Source: a virus. Taken from it: a stretch of 64,000 bases of DNA. A program made the position numbers and the translations under genes. Location: positions 1 through 64,000 of the IMG/VR virus record IMGVR_UViG_3300032240_000659; one strand, 5' to 3'. Of the stretch, positions 1 to 9,023 are shown one piece after another. The notes below the pieces were generated by a model. That model had not been told where the DNA came from and did not search any database. It saw only the letters and a program-made list of their open reading frames with translations. The first letter of the stretch is position 1, and every line of letters starts with the position of its first letter.

Positions 1-684
1 CTTAGTTGCCCATGCTTGATCTGCTGGACTCATGGCTGCATATATTGCAGCCTGTTTAGGATCATTAGCATACGGATTTGGTGCCGCCGCTGGTGCCGCT
101 GGTGCTGCCGCTGGTGCTGCCGCTGGTGCATTCGCAACAGCCGTTTGTTTGCTATTATCCCAAGTAGCGTTTGCATTTGGAGCAGTTGTTTGTCCGCCTG
201 TTGCCTTAGTACCGCCCCATGTTGGATCAAAAGCATGAGCACCTGCTTCATCGTCGGTGTTCATAGATGTTTGCGGAGCTGCCGCCGGTGCCGCCGGTGC
301 AGTAGCTGGCCCTTTTTCAGCGGCATTAAGATCAGCGGCTACTGCTTTTTCTGCATCAGTTTGTGTCGTTACATTAGGAAATTGTGCTTGAGCCGCTTGA
401 GTTGCAGGGCCCATAATACCATCAGCTTTAATCTTTGCACCAGCCGCAATCAATTTGTCTTGTAGTGCTTTTACATTAGGATCTGGTTGGGCTTTTGGTC
501 GGACTGGCGCTGGCTTAGCGCCTTGTCCTGCTACTGGAGCAGCTGGTTTTGCAACAGCAGTTGGGGAAGCTGCCGGTGCTGATGTTGTAGGATTTCCCAT
601 AGCATCGTAGCCGCCGTCTTCAATTAATTTTTCTTTTAAACGAAGTACATAGGCTTTTAGTTGTGATTCTGTAATCTTTTTCAT
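1..684 (-). CDS. Ala/Pro-rich protein with a peptidoglycan-binding-like motif; runs off the window edge (partial, missing from the ORF track)
   Basis: Translated by hand from ATG at 684 (MKKITESQLKAYVLRLKEKLIEDG...), open to base 1. Contains VKALQDKLIAAGAKIKADGIMGPATQAA, resembling the PG_binding_1 pattern V..LQ..L...G....DG..G..T..A, plus APAA repeats. Confidence 0.7.
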   Translation of the reverse strand, partial: MKKITESQLKAYVLRLKEKLIEDGGYDAMGNPTTSAPAASPTAVAKPAAPVAGQGAKPAPVRPKAQPDPNVKALQDKLIAAGAKIKADGIMGPATQAAQAQFPNVTTQTDAEKAVAADLNAAEKGPATAPAAPAAAPQTSMNTDDEAGAHAFDPTWGGTKATGGQTTAPNANATWDNSKQTAVANAPAAAPAAAPAAPAAAPNPYANDPKQAAIYAAMSPADQAWATK

Positions 685-685
685 A

Positions 686-2956
686 TTATTTTCCAAAGTT
701 AATTTTTTCTAATAACATTTTCATGCTGTCTTTTGCAGACGATTCTGACATTTTATTAGATATAGCATGGGCATGTGAACCAAAGTCTGGAACTTGGATT
801 TGTTCTTGTTCCATATGATCATGTCCTGGAACACCTGCTAATTTCATGATGTGCATGTGTTCTTGACTAGACGGATCCATCTTATCAATCATCGCAATAA
901 CTTGATGCACATCTTGTTCTGATGCATTAGGGAATTCGCCGTCCTTAAATCCTTTAATGATTTTTGTTTTAGCGCGAGTTCCGCCAATTGTAAAATTCTT
1001 TTGTTCTTTATTCCAGAAGCCTGAAATATATTTTGTCATTTGATCAATACCACTTTCGTTGCTACTATCTTCAGGTTCATCAAACCCACATTCCATTGGG
1101 GTCATTCCACATTCTTCAATAGCATCGTGCAATGTCATATGTTTTCCACCTAATGTAATAGGTGTGTCTAACTTTGCACCTGCTTTTTTTGCAGATTGAA
1201 TAGCTTTCATTAATCCTTGATGTGCTAAGTGTTTAGCTTGGCTGCTTCCGCCATGTCTTGCACCACTTTTATCAGTTACTGTACCTGAACTCTTTTTATA
1301 AGGTCCGTCAAACGGAACATCATCACTATTTTCAGCAACAGGTGCTGGCGGTTGCTGTTCTGGTGCAGCCGGTAGCGCCGCTTGTGGTGCTTCAGGTGCC
1401 GGTACTGGCGGTGCTTCAGGTGCGGGAGCCGGTACTGGCGGCATTTCTTGCTCACCTTCGCCCCCAAACTCTAACTGGCTAGCAACTTCTGGATCTTGTT
1501 GTAAAATAAATTGTTGTATTAATGGACGAACATCTAAATCTGCATCAATGTCACGTAAACTTAATAAAAATTCTGGATCATCAATCAAACCTTTTAGGCT
1601 ACCAACAGCATTGACGCCGTCTGGGCCACCTTTTAGCTCTTGATTCATAATTTTGTTTAATTTCTGTATAGCAACATTTCTTGCATCTTTGTTTGGACTA
1701 AAAATCTCGTCTTTGTCTTCACTAACAATGCTATCCATAAAACTTTCAAACTGATCTTCAGGGTCTAAAATAGCATCGTGCTTATAACGATCATTTGAGT
1801 CTTTTCTTTCCCAGTTTTTACCACCGTCGTCGTAGTCAGTCTTAGTATGTTTAATACCGTGTTTTGTTTTTTCAACTTTGCCGCCACGATGTGTAGTACC
1901 AGTTTCTTTATCACCGTCAAATATTTCATCTAATAAGTCGTCAACACCTACTTCTAATACTGGCAATTCTGATTCGTCAACAAACTTGGCAATATAAGGA
2001 AATACTGATTTTAATTCTTCATTAAATGTACGAATAGTTAAACGATCAATTAAATTGTTAACTAGTTCTTCAGGAAGAACTTGTTCTTCTGTAGCAGTAT
2101 ATGACTCTGCAAATGTTTTATAATATGCTTCTCTTTGTAAATTAGTTACTTCTTTTTTAATTTCTTCAATACGTTCTAACACACGACCTGTAACAGAACT
2201 CATTGCTTCGCTGAGTTGTTCTTGACGGCCAACATAATTTTTAAATTTACGTAAACCTGCTAATTCTTCTGATAGTCCAGTAATATGTTGTCCAATAGCA
2301 TCGTACGGGTTACCGCCAGCCTTAACATGTTCTGCTAGAGCACGAGCACCGTTAATATGTTTAAACGGATATCGGAAACGTTCTCCTACAGAATTTTCAA
2401 CATAAATGTTTTCAATGTACAAAGTACGCCCTGCTGGGATATCTGTATTAATTGGCTGGCTATGTTTAATAATTAAACGTGCTTCACCTAAGTCTTGGTA
2501 GCTAATCCTATTAGTACCGTAAAATTTACTTTCCATAACTGGCTGCGTTGTTGGCATAACTGGTAGTTCCTTACGCTTTGCTATAAAGCTATAATCTCTT
2601 TTATCTAGACCACTCTTACCAGTGTTTTCAATCTTAAAATTTAATAAACGATTTTTAGCAAATTGTTTAAATGACCTTATAAATTTAAATGCACCGTGAT
2701 GATTAGAGTTGTCATTGTCGTTGACTAAATCACCGCTAACTTGTACAACAACACCGTCGTCTTGATCTAAATTAATAGCGATTGTTCCTAACGGTTCGCC
2801 ATCTTCTTCGTATTCAAATTCGAAAAAACGAGCACGAGGAATATCTTGTTTCTTGCTTAAAACTTCTCCGTGTTCGTCCCCAATTTTAATGTTAGGGAAT
2901 CGATTCTGTATCTTTCCATACAGATCTAAAGCAATTTTGTCTAAATTAGCGTCCAT
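686..2956 (-). CDS. Hypothetical 756-aa protein, probably virion or internal head; globular N-terminal part and modular, Pro-rich C-terminal part
   Basis: Long ORF next to the terminase, preceded by TAAATA 4 nt upstream of ATG. Pro/Ala-rich linker PPVPAPAPEAPP. No recognised family. Confidence 0.6.
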   Translation of the reverse strand: MDANLDKIALDLYGKIQNRFPNIKIGDEHGEVLSKKQDIPRARFFEFEYEEDGEPLGTIAINLDQDDGVVVQVSGDLVNDNDNSNHHGAFKFIRSFKQFAKNRLLNFKIENTGKSGLDKRDYSFIAKRKELPVMPTTQPVMESKFYGTNRISYQDLGEARLIIKHSQPINTDIPAGRTLYIENIYVENSVGERFRYPFKHINGARALAEHVKAGGNPYDAIGQHITGLSEELAGLRKFKNYVGRQEQLSEAMSSVTGRVLERIEEIKKEVTNLQREAYYKTFAESYTATEEQVLPEELVNNLIDRLTIRTFNEELKSVFPYIAKFVDESELPVLEVGVDDLLDEIFDGDKETGTTHRGGKVEKTKHGIKHTKTDYDDGGKNWERKDSNDRYKHDAILDPEDQFESFMDSIVSEDKDEIFSPNKDARNVAIQKLNKIMNQELKGGPDGVNAVGSLKGLIDDPEFLLSLRDIDADLDVRPLIQQFILQQDPEVASQLEFGGEGEQEMPPVPAPAPEAPPVPAPEAPQAALPAAPEQQPPAPVAENSDDVPFDGPYKKSSGTVTDKSGARHGGSSQAKHLAHQGLMKAIQSAKKAGAKLDTPITLGGKHMTLHDAIEECGMTPMECGFDEPEDSSNESGIDQMTKYISGFWNKEQKNFTIGGTRAKTKIIKGFKDGEFPNASEQDVHQVIAMIDKMDPSSQEHMHIMKLAGVPGHDHMEQEQIQVPDFGSHAHAISNKMSESSAKDSMKMLLEKINFGK

Positions 2957-2966
2957 GTTATATTTA

Positions 2967-4556
2967 TCAGATACCAGAAATGAATATAGGAAGCGGAGGC
3001 TCCCAATCGTCGTCTAAATGTATGTCATTTACACTTAGGGTTTCAAAAACTGCGGGATCCCACTCTGCTAGCACTACACTCATACGTACTAACAGTAAAA
3101 GCGCACTAACTAAGTCGTCATGTTGCCCTTCTTTTGCTTTAAAAGTAATCCCGTTTGCTACAAATGTTTTTAATTCGCTAATTAACGGTTTACTGTATAA
3201 TTTCATCTTGTTTTCTTCAATTAAGAATTTAAGCCTAGAACAAGCTGAAATTTTAGTAGTATATGTAGTATTAAAACCCTTGCGAAATTTACGCACATGT
3301 CCTTTGCGTACAGGCTCACTTACAAAAAGCCCGGGAAAAGTTTCTTCCCCTAAGTCCTTAATAACAACTAAGGCAGCTTCGCCCACTGTGTTATTTTCAA
3401 CGCTCCAGTAAATGCTGTTAGGATGATCAGGACCTAGTGCGTCATCAATGTGACGTATAATATCTCTAAATAATTTAACTTGTCCTTGTATTGGAGTAAT
3501 GTTGTGCTGCCACTCTGCTACTTGTTCAAATGTAGGCAATTCAAATACTTCAATACCGGAATAATCGCCGCCTGTACCTAAGCTAGGATCTAGTGCAATT
3601 AGATATAAGTTTCCGGGTTTTGGTTCTTTATACCAGCGTACTTGGCCAACTCTGCTTTTAGGATCGCGGCCAAGTAGCTCTGCTAGTTTTAGTGAGCTAA
3701 TTAATGTTTCATCATAGACTAAGAATTCACAACCATACTCACGACGGAAACGTTCTTCACCAATACGCCCCATCTCAGTTTTCTTCCATTCTTCGTCACG
3801 ATCTGGGTGATCGCCCCATTCGCTTCTAAACCCAAAGAATCCATTACGACCAACAGTTGTTTCGTTTCCAAACTCGTCAAATTTATCTTGGCTTTCTTTC
3901 CAGATAGTGGCAAAGGTATCTTCGTCACTATTTGGCGTACTAGTAATAATTGCTCGTCCACCAGTTGCTAGTGTTGGCGATATGGAGGTCCAGAATTCTT
4001 CAGCAATGTTAGGTTGAACAAACGCAAACTCGTCACAGTATAATAGTGATATAGACATACCACGACCGGTTGTACCAGTAGTTGTTTGACTTACAATACG
4101 ACTACCATTGTCAAATTCTATACTGCCTTTATTGTAGCTAACTACCCCACAACGTATATGTTCGTCACATAATTCATATCCATAGCGAATACGTTGCATA
4201 ATTTCTTGAGCACCTGTGTATTTGTGCGCGGCAACTAGAATGGTCTGATCTGGGTGAAACATGGCAAACCAAAGCAAGTAAGCTGATGCACAAGTAGTCT
4301 TACCGCTTTGTCGAGGCAACATGTTTACATTAAATCGATTATCATGATAGCTGTGTAACAGCCCTACTTGGTATTCATATGGCGCAAATAATAACTTGCC
4401 TTTAACTGGGTGCTGAATATAGAAAAATTTCCTAGCAAAGTACAAATAACCTTCAGCGGGATCAGCACATTGCAACAAGTCTTGTACTTGTTCTTCTGTA
4501 AATTTTTCTTTTGTATGCGCTTTTTTTGTTAAAACGCCATCTAGTGATTTTGACAT
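2967..4556 (-). CDS. gp17: Terminase large subunit (T4 gp17-like)
   Basis: Walker A PRQSGKTT, Walker B LLYCDEFAF, coupling motif ITSTPN, RNase H-like nuclease motif IALDPS and C-terminal HDDLV; 529 aa. Confidence 0.97.
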   Translation of the reverse strand: MSKSLDGVLTKKAHTKEKFTEEQVQDLLQCADPAEGYLYFARKFFYIQHPVKGKLLFAPYEYQVGLLHSYHDNRFNVNMLPRQSGKTTCASAYLLWFAMFHPDQTILVAAHKYTGAQEIMQRIRYGYELCDEHIRCGVVSYNKGSIEFDNGSRIVSQTTTGTTGRGMSISLLYCDEFAFVQPNIAEEFWTSISPTLATGGRAIITSTPNSDEDTFATIWKESQDKFDEFGNETTVGRNGFFGFRSEWGDHPDRDEEWKKTEMGRIGEERFRREYGCEFLVYDETLISSLKLAELLGRDPKSRVGQVRWYKEPKPGNLYLIALDPSLGTGGDYSGIEVFELPTFEQVAEWQHNITPIQGQVKLFRDIIRHIDDALGPDHPNSIYWSVENNTVGEAALVVIKDLGEETFPGLFVSEPVRKGHVRKFRKGFNTTYTTKISACSRLKFLIEENKMKLYSKPLISELKTFVANGITFKAKEGQHDDLVSALLLLVRMSVVLAEWDPAVFETLSVNDIHLDDDWEPPLPIFISGI

Positions 4557-4568
4557 AACTTTATTTAC

Positions 4569-4597
4569 AAAAAAAATAGCCCCCGAAGGAGCTATTT
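4569..4597 (-). terminator. Rho-independent terminator with cUUCGg loop
   Basis: Minus strand AAATAGCTCC-TTCG-GGGGCTATTT followed by a T run, downstream of the 4629..5399 gene. Confidence 0.85.
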
Positions 4598-4628
4598 GGC
4601 ACTATAAACAGGTGCTAACTGCGACGAA

Positions 4629-5399
4629 TTAACTTCTTAGCATTTTAGCCAATTTAAGAATATCTGCAGATTCATTGACACCCTCGTCGTATTTGTTATA
4701 CTTGTCTCTAACTTTGTCTAAGTCTTTGCCTTCTTTCCCGGCTTTTGCAAGTGCTTGCATACCTTCTTTACCGTACTTTTCATAACCTTTGGCAGCACGA
4801 CTCATTGTCTTCTTTTCGCCTTCTTTTAAACGGCCATCAGCTTCTGCTGATTTTAACATGGCTGCACGATCAGCATAGCTACCGCGTTTGACATCTTTAG
4901 CGGCTTCTTTCTCGCCCTTAGTTGGATTTTTAACATGCTTTAGTGGATCAAATTTTCCTTCTTTATCTTTTTTACCTTCTTTAATCTCGTCGTACATTTG
5001 TGCTAAACGAGAAACTAATGCTTCTTGCATTGGATTGCCGCCACCATTTACTTTAGGGGCTTCATGTCCTTGACCGTGCATATCGTCTCCGGTTTGAGTA
5101 ATATCTTTGATATCCAATGTAACTGCACCACCATCGCCTTGCTTGGAATTTTCATATCCATCACCAAATAGCTTTTCAGCATCATGCGGATGTGGATTCA
5201 TAGGTTCTGCACCGTGCTCAATATTCTTTAAAATATTCATCAAATCTTTAATACCGCCAGATCCGTTACCATTCATGTTAACACTCATAGTAACACTGTC
5301 TTGTTGTCCAGGTACAGGCATTGGCATACCACATTCTTCAATAGGTGCTACACCTTCTTCAATATTTCTAATTTTTTGATATAAGTCTTGAAAGTTCAT
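4629..5399 (-). CDS. Hypothetical Lys/Glu-rich modular protein, possible internal head protein (start revised to ATG 5399)
   Basis: ATG 5399 (MNFQDLYQKIRNIEEG) has an AAGGA SD and avoids overlap with the upstream gene. Charged modules are separated by IKE/LKE/VNE motifs. Confidence 0.6.
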   Translation of the reverse strand: MNFQDLYQKIRNIEEGVAPIEECGMPMPVPGQQDSVTMSVNMNGNGSGGIKDLMNILKNIEHGAEPMNPHPHDAEKLFGDGYENSKQGDGGAVTLDIKDITQTGDDMHGQGHEAPKVNGGGNPMQEALVSRLAQMYDEIKEGKKDKEGKFDPLKHVKNPTKGEKEAAKDVKRGSYADRAAMLKSAEADGRLKEGEKKTMSRAAKGYEKYGKEGMQALAKAGKEGKDLDKVRDKYNKYDEGVNESADILKLAKMLRS

Positions 5400-5400
5400 A

Positions 5401-5991
5401 TTATTTTCCTTTGCCACTAATAGGGCTCTTAGTAGCAGGGAGTTTATCTGCTTTTACTGACTTTTCGGTTGGGACTTTCTTAGCTAAAAGTTTATCATTA
5501 ACACCTTTATATTGTGTTAATCCTACTTTATTTTTACCAAGTTCTTTCAATAAACTCATCTTTTGTTTATCGCCGACTAATGTTTGTCCATCAGTATCTT
5601 CAAGTTCTGGTTTTTCTAACAATGCTTCGCCTGATATTTCATCGTTAGCATGATTAATTTCTTCTTCTTCTTGTTCTTTTAAATTGCGTACTTTAATAGA
5701 ACTCAATAAAATATTGCAATGTTCTGCAACTAGGTCTCTAACTTCTAAACTAGTTGCAGGATATTCTGTACATACATCAAAAATAGTAACACCTACATTT
5801 TTAAGTGTAGGAAAATCTACTTGAGTTTCTTGTATTGGTGCGCTCTTACCGCTTGAGCAAGATTCAACTTTAAATTTAGACAGTGCTTCTTTAATCTTAG
5901 TAGCACAATCTTTTGGGCAATCGCCCGCAACTTTAACTTTAAACTCGTAAGTTTGTTTGCTTTCTATTAGATATTCTTTAAATGATTTCAT
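5401..5991 (-). CDS. Hypothetical protein, probable internal head protein
   Basis: N-terminus MKSFKEYLIES resembles the T4 internal-protein capsid-targeting sequence MKTYQEFIAE. TAAATA at 6010-6015 and AGGA SD upstream. Confidence 0.6.
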   Translation of the reverse strand: MKSFKEYLIESKQTYEFKVKVAGDCPKDCATKIKEALSKFKVESCSSGKSAPIQETQVDFPTLKNVGVTIFDVCTEYPATSLEVRDLVAEHCNILLSSIKVRNLKEQEEEEINHANDEISGEALLEKPELEDTDGQTLVGDKQKMSLLKELGKNKVGLTQYKGVNDKLLAKKVPTEKSVKADKLPATKSPISGKGK

Positions 5992-6008
5992 TGTAGGATC
6001 CTGATATG

Positions 6009-6491
6009 TTATTTATTCATATTTTTAAGTTTTTCTAATAGACTGTTTCGATCTGTTAGTATGTATCCGTCACCTGTAATGTTAATACCATTGTCTTCAG
6101 CTTGTCCTGCATCTTGATCTAATTTCTGTTTTTTAAGTTGTAATTCTATCATTTTCAACTTTTTATCAATCTTAGCGGCTTTAGCATCAATAGCGTTTTT
6201 CAACATTCCACCAGCAACTTCAAAAATTCGACCGCTATAACGTGCTTCAACATTCATACCTAGATCCATTAGGTCGTCATAAGCATCTGTAGCACGTTGA
6301 GCAAGAGCATCAAACTCTGCATCACTTGCATCGCCTAATCCGTTAACTGCTGGAAGTGCGGCTGAAATTTTATCAAACTCACTCATGTCTCGTAAGAATG
6401 GTTGAGCTTCGGCTTTTTTAGCCTGCTTTTCTTCTGCTTTAACAATTTTTTTACTTTCGGGTAGATTTAGTAATTCTTCAAGTTTCTTCAT
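6009..6491 (-). CDS. Probable terminase small subunit (gp16-like); start revised to ATG 6491
   Basis: Helical 160-aa protein. RIFEVAGGMLKNAIDAKAAKIDKKLKMIELQLKK resembles the gp16 pattern R.FEV...lik......kl..l..k.k. Lies near terL and the gp4-like gene; TAAGTA 5 nt upstream of ATG. Confidence 0.55.
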   Translation of the reverse strand: MKKLEELLNLPESKKIVKAEEKQAKKAEAQPFLRDMSEFDKISAALPAVNGLGDASDAEFDALAQRATDAYDDLMDLGMNVEARYSGRIFEVAGGMLKNAIDAKAAKIDKKLKMIELQLKKQKLDQDAGQAEDNGINITGDGYILTDRNSLLEKLKNMNK

Positions 6492-6508
6492 AACATTACT
6501 TATCAACT

Positions 6509-6937
6509 TTATTTGCTAAACATATCATTTTCGTTAACAATACGAAATTTAATACCTTGCTGTCTACACCAAATATTAGCTGCCGCCCATTTGGCTTGAT
6601 TCTTAACAAATTGTGCTTGATTATATTTGTTTTTACCTACACGTTCTAAAATGCTTTGGCTGGCTGGTTTAATTTCAATTAATTCAATGTGTATTTTATT
6701 ATTTTTATCAACATATTCTATAAAGAAATCTGGAACATATATAGTATGACGACCGGTTAACGGATCTCTATAAGGAATATTAACAGCTTCGCTTGCCCAC
6801 TTTGTTACACTTGGGTTAGTGTCGCAGAATCGCATAAAACTCCACTCCCAACTAGAACGATATACTGGCGCTTTCATACCAACATATTTTTCGGGGTGAG
6901 TTACCGTGTACTTGCCACGTGCAAATTTGCTAGCCAT
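6509..6937 (-). CDS. gp4: Head completion nuclease (T4 gp4-like, TnsA-type PD-(D/E)XK fold)
   Basis: YRSSWE..F..FCD.NP.V..WASE...IPY...YVPDFFI...IEIKP is the gp4 family pattern. Confidence 0.85.
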   Translation of the reverse strand: MASKFARGKYTVTHPEKYVGMKAPVYRSSWEWSFMRFCDTNPSVTKWASEAVNIPYRDPLTGRHTIYVPDFFIEYVDKNNKIHIELIEIKPASQSILERVGKNKYNQAQFVKNQAKWAAANIWCRQQGIKFRIVNENDMFSK

Positions 6938-6938
6938 A

Positions 6939-7307
6939 TTATACTAAGATGTTTCTACTTTCGTAGGTATCTGCTAGCGGTGCAATTCTATAGCCAAGTA
7001 AACTAATTTTTTCTCTATATGCGTTGAGAACTTGTGCAACTACTTGGCTTAATTGCACATCTGAAAGTGTTTTTAGTGTATCAATAAGTTGAAACACGTT
7101 GATATTATCAACACGAGCTTGGTTTAGTAGCACAATTGCTACACTTCGAGAACTATCTAAATCAAAATTTCTTTTTAAAAAAAATCCTAGAACTGCATCT
7201 ATTTGATTGCTAGGAAAGCTAATCTGATGTACAAAAAATTTATCAAAAAATTGTTTAACATCAGCTGAACTGTCGGATGCTTCTGGAAAAGGTAAATTTA
7301 TTGACAT
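6939..7307 (-). CDS. Hypothetical protein (122 aa)
   Basis: ORF tiles tightly between its neighbours with 1-2 nt gaps; no recognised family. Confidence 0.7.
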   Translation of the reverse strand: MSINLPFPEASDSSADVKQFFDKFFVHQISFPSNQIDAVLGFFLKRNFDLDSSRSVAIVLLNQARVDNINVFQLIDTLKTLSDVQLSQVVAQVLNAYREKISLLGYRIAPLADTYESRNILV

Positions 7308-7309
7308 GT

Positions 7310-8308
7310 TTAACCTAAATTAACTTTTGTTGCTATTGTTGAACTAGTTACCATAGGTGCTAACGGAAATACAATTCCTTGTATTCCACTTACACCTTGT
7401 ATTGCAGTTTGTATTACTGAACCACCATTTGATAACGCAGTAGCTCCGTTAGTAGGCAATTCTTTAGTATTTTGATAAGTGTTAATTTGTTTAGTTACAG
7501 TATTAAGGAAATCGCTTGCATTTCTCTGAAGATTAATACCGTTGGCAAAACTAGGACTTGCGGTGTCTAAAGTTCCGCCACTTATCAACGGGCTTGGTGT
7601 AAGGTCATAGTGTTCTAATCCAAATCCTATTGGCTCGCCTTGACTTACTTGCCCGTTACCATAGGCTACAGCTTCAAATGCAATACCCATAGATTTTTCG
7701 TTTATCTCATTTCCTTGATATTGTCCTGCGCCATGTGCCCAAGAAGTAATAACAGGATTCCTTAAGGTATAACTTACATATTCATGTTTTGCCATTTGAT
7801 AAATGGTAATACTATTAAAGAACGGTGCTGTACTTCTATTATCTAAACCATAGTGATTGTTGATAAAATCACTACTACGAGTTGCATTTCTATTATATGC
7901 ATCGCCTACATTTGCGCTGTTAGGATCTGCGTAGTAATATGTATAATAATTTTGCCACAGTTGATTAATTAAACTCATGTTATCGTCATGAAATTTAATA
8001 TTAATTGCTTCAAATTTATGTGTGATTTGTACAATTTTCTTCCTGTTGTACTGATTCATGGTTTCCGTAGACATTGTAAATTTAGGTAAGTCTACACTTT
8101 TAACCAGCATATTAATTTCATTTCTATGGCGCTGTACTAAGTCTATACTTTTTAATGCCGCAGAGTTAATGCTAAAACTAACATGAAAAAGAAATTTGCT
8201 TTTTGGGGCTAGTCTAAAATTATCGTCAACAAATAATCTACTTGCGTGTTGATAGTCACGCAAATTTATATGCGGATTAGGTTGTAGGTATTTAGATGTA
8301 TTAGCCAT
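7310..8308 (-). CDS. Tail-tube-fold protein (gp19 paralog; gp54/gp48-like tube initiator)
   Basis: RLAPKSKFLFHVSF...LVKSVDLPKF...NQYNRK.......I.IKFHDD parallels the gp19 fold; adjacent to the tail tube gene. Confidence 0.65.
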   Translation of the reverse strand: MANTSKYLQPNPHINLRDYQHASRLFVDDNFRLAPKSKFLFHVSFSINSAALKSIDLVQRHRNEINMLVKSVDLPKFTMSTETMNQYNRKKIVQITHKFEAINIKFHDDNMSLINQLWQNYYTYYYADPNSANVGDAYNRNATRSSDFINNHYGLDNRSTAPFFNSITIYQMAKHEYVSYTLRNPVITSWAHGAGQYQGNEINEKSMGIAFEAVAYGNGQVSQGEPIGFGLEHYDLTPSPLISGGTLDTASPSFANGINLQRNASDFLNTVTKQINTYQNTKELPTNGATALSNGGSVIQTAIQGVSGIQGIVFPLAPMVTSSTIATKVNLG

Positions 8309-8354
8309 ACAATATTTATCTGATTAATAATGTATGCATTTAATGATCAGTCAT

Positions 8355-8381
8355 AAAAAAAGCTACCGAAGTAGCTTTTTT
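8355..8381 (-). terminator. Rho-independent, possibly bidirectional terminator with cUUCGg loop
   Basis: AAAAAAGCTAC-TTCG-GTAGCTTTTTTT on the minus strand, right after the tail tube stop codon. Confidence 0.9.
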
Positions 8382-8382
8382 A

Positions 8383-9003
8383 TTAACTTCCTACTGCTTG
8401 TGTACCTGCTTTACGAGTAACTACTGCGCCAACACCTGTACCTTGTGGTGTTTGCATACAATTGTCAACTTGTATTGTTAAATCAATTTCAACGGCACCT
8501 TGTTCTGCATAGGCCAAGTTATTATAGTTAGCAGTTTGCACATAGCAACCATAACATTCCCATGTTTCTAAAACTGTTGCGGCATTATTACCGTTTCCGC
8601 CGTCTAACAATTCAATACGTAGTGTAAACTTGTAGTCACCAGCTGCCGCTGAAGAACTTTGTTCAAAGAAGTCAAACTGTCTTTGCATTTGTTCACCAAC
8701 TAATTTAGTAACATTTCCGTTTACATCGTCGCGTAACTTAACTGCGATTGGTTGCCATGTAGCTTTACCAGCGTAGTTAATTTTGCTGTTGTATACTTCA
8801 ATAACTTGGTTAGCAAATTGTGCGTTAGGGCGCCCTGCGCTTACAACTTGCTTAGTCATTTCTGTTGTTGAGCCAGATACTCCGAAGTTTTCAAATGTCA
8901 CTCTAAAGCGATATTTGAGCTTAGGCATTAACAGACCTTGTGAACTAGCACTCTGGTCTGAAGCTAGTGGTACTGTAAATCTTGATAATGATGCGATTGC
9001 CAT
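8383..9003 (-). CDS. gp19: Tail tube protein (T4 gp19-like)
   Basis: 206 aa directly downstream of the sheath; LLMPKLKYRFRV...GRP......YNSK...AGK.TWQPI...LRDD...ETW...GC. Confidence 0.88.
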   Translation of the reverse strand: MAIASLSRFTVPLASDQSASSQGLLMPKLKYRFRVTFENFGVSGSTTEMTKQVVSAGRPNAQFANQVIEVYNSKINYAGKATWQPIAVKLRDDVNGNVTKLVGEQMQRQFDFFEQSSSAAAGDYKFTLRIELLDGGNGNNAATVLETWECYGCYVQTANYNNLAYAEQGAVEIDLTIQVDNCMQTPQGTGVGAVVTRKAGTQAVGS

Positions 9004-9023
9004 TTTTTTATTTCTCCGTTATA

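Noticed and set aside
16-465. Cys/Arg/Trp-repeat ORF 16..465 and ORFs 30..251 and 32..238
   Set aside because: Alternative frames of the APAA-repeat region of the real minus-strand gene 1..684.
7171-7187. Slippery-looking T-TTT-TTA run in the 6939..7307 gene
   Set aside because: The -1 frame hits TGA within about four codons (TTT AAA AAG AAA TTT TGA). Such runs are expected by chance in AT-rich DNA, unlike the 63505 site where the -1 frame opens into a long ORF.
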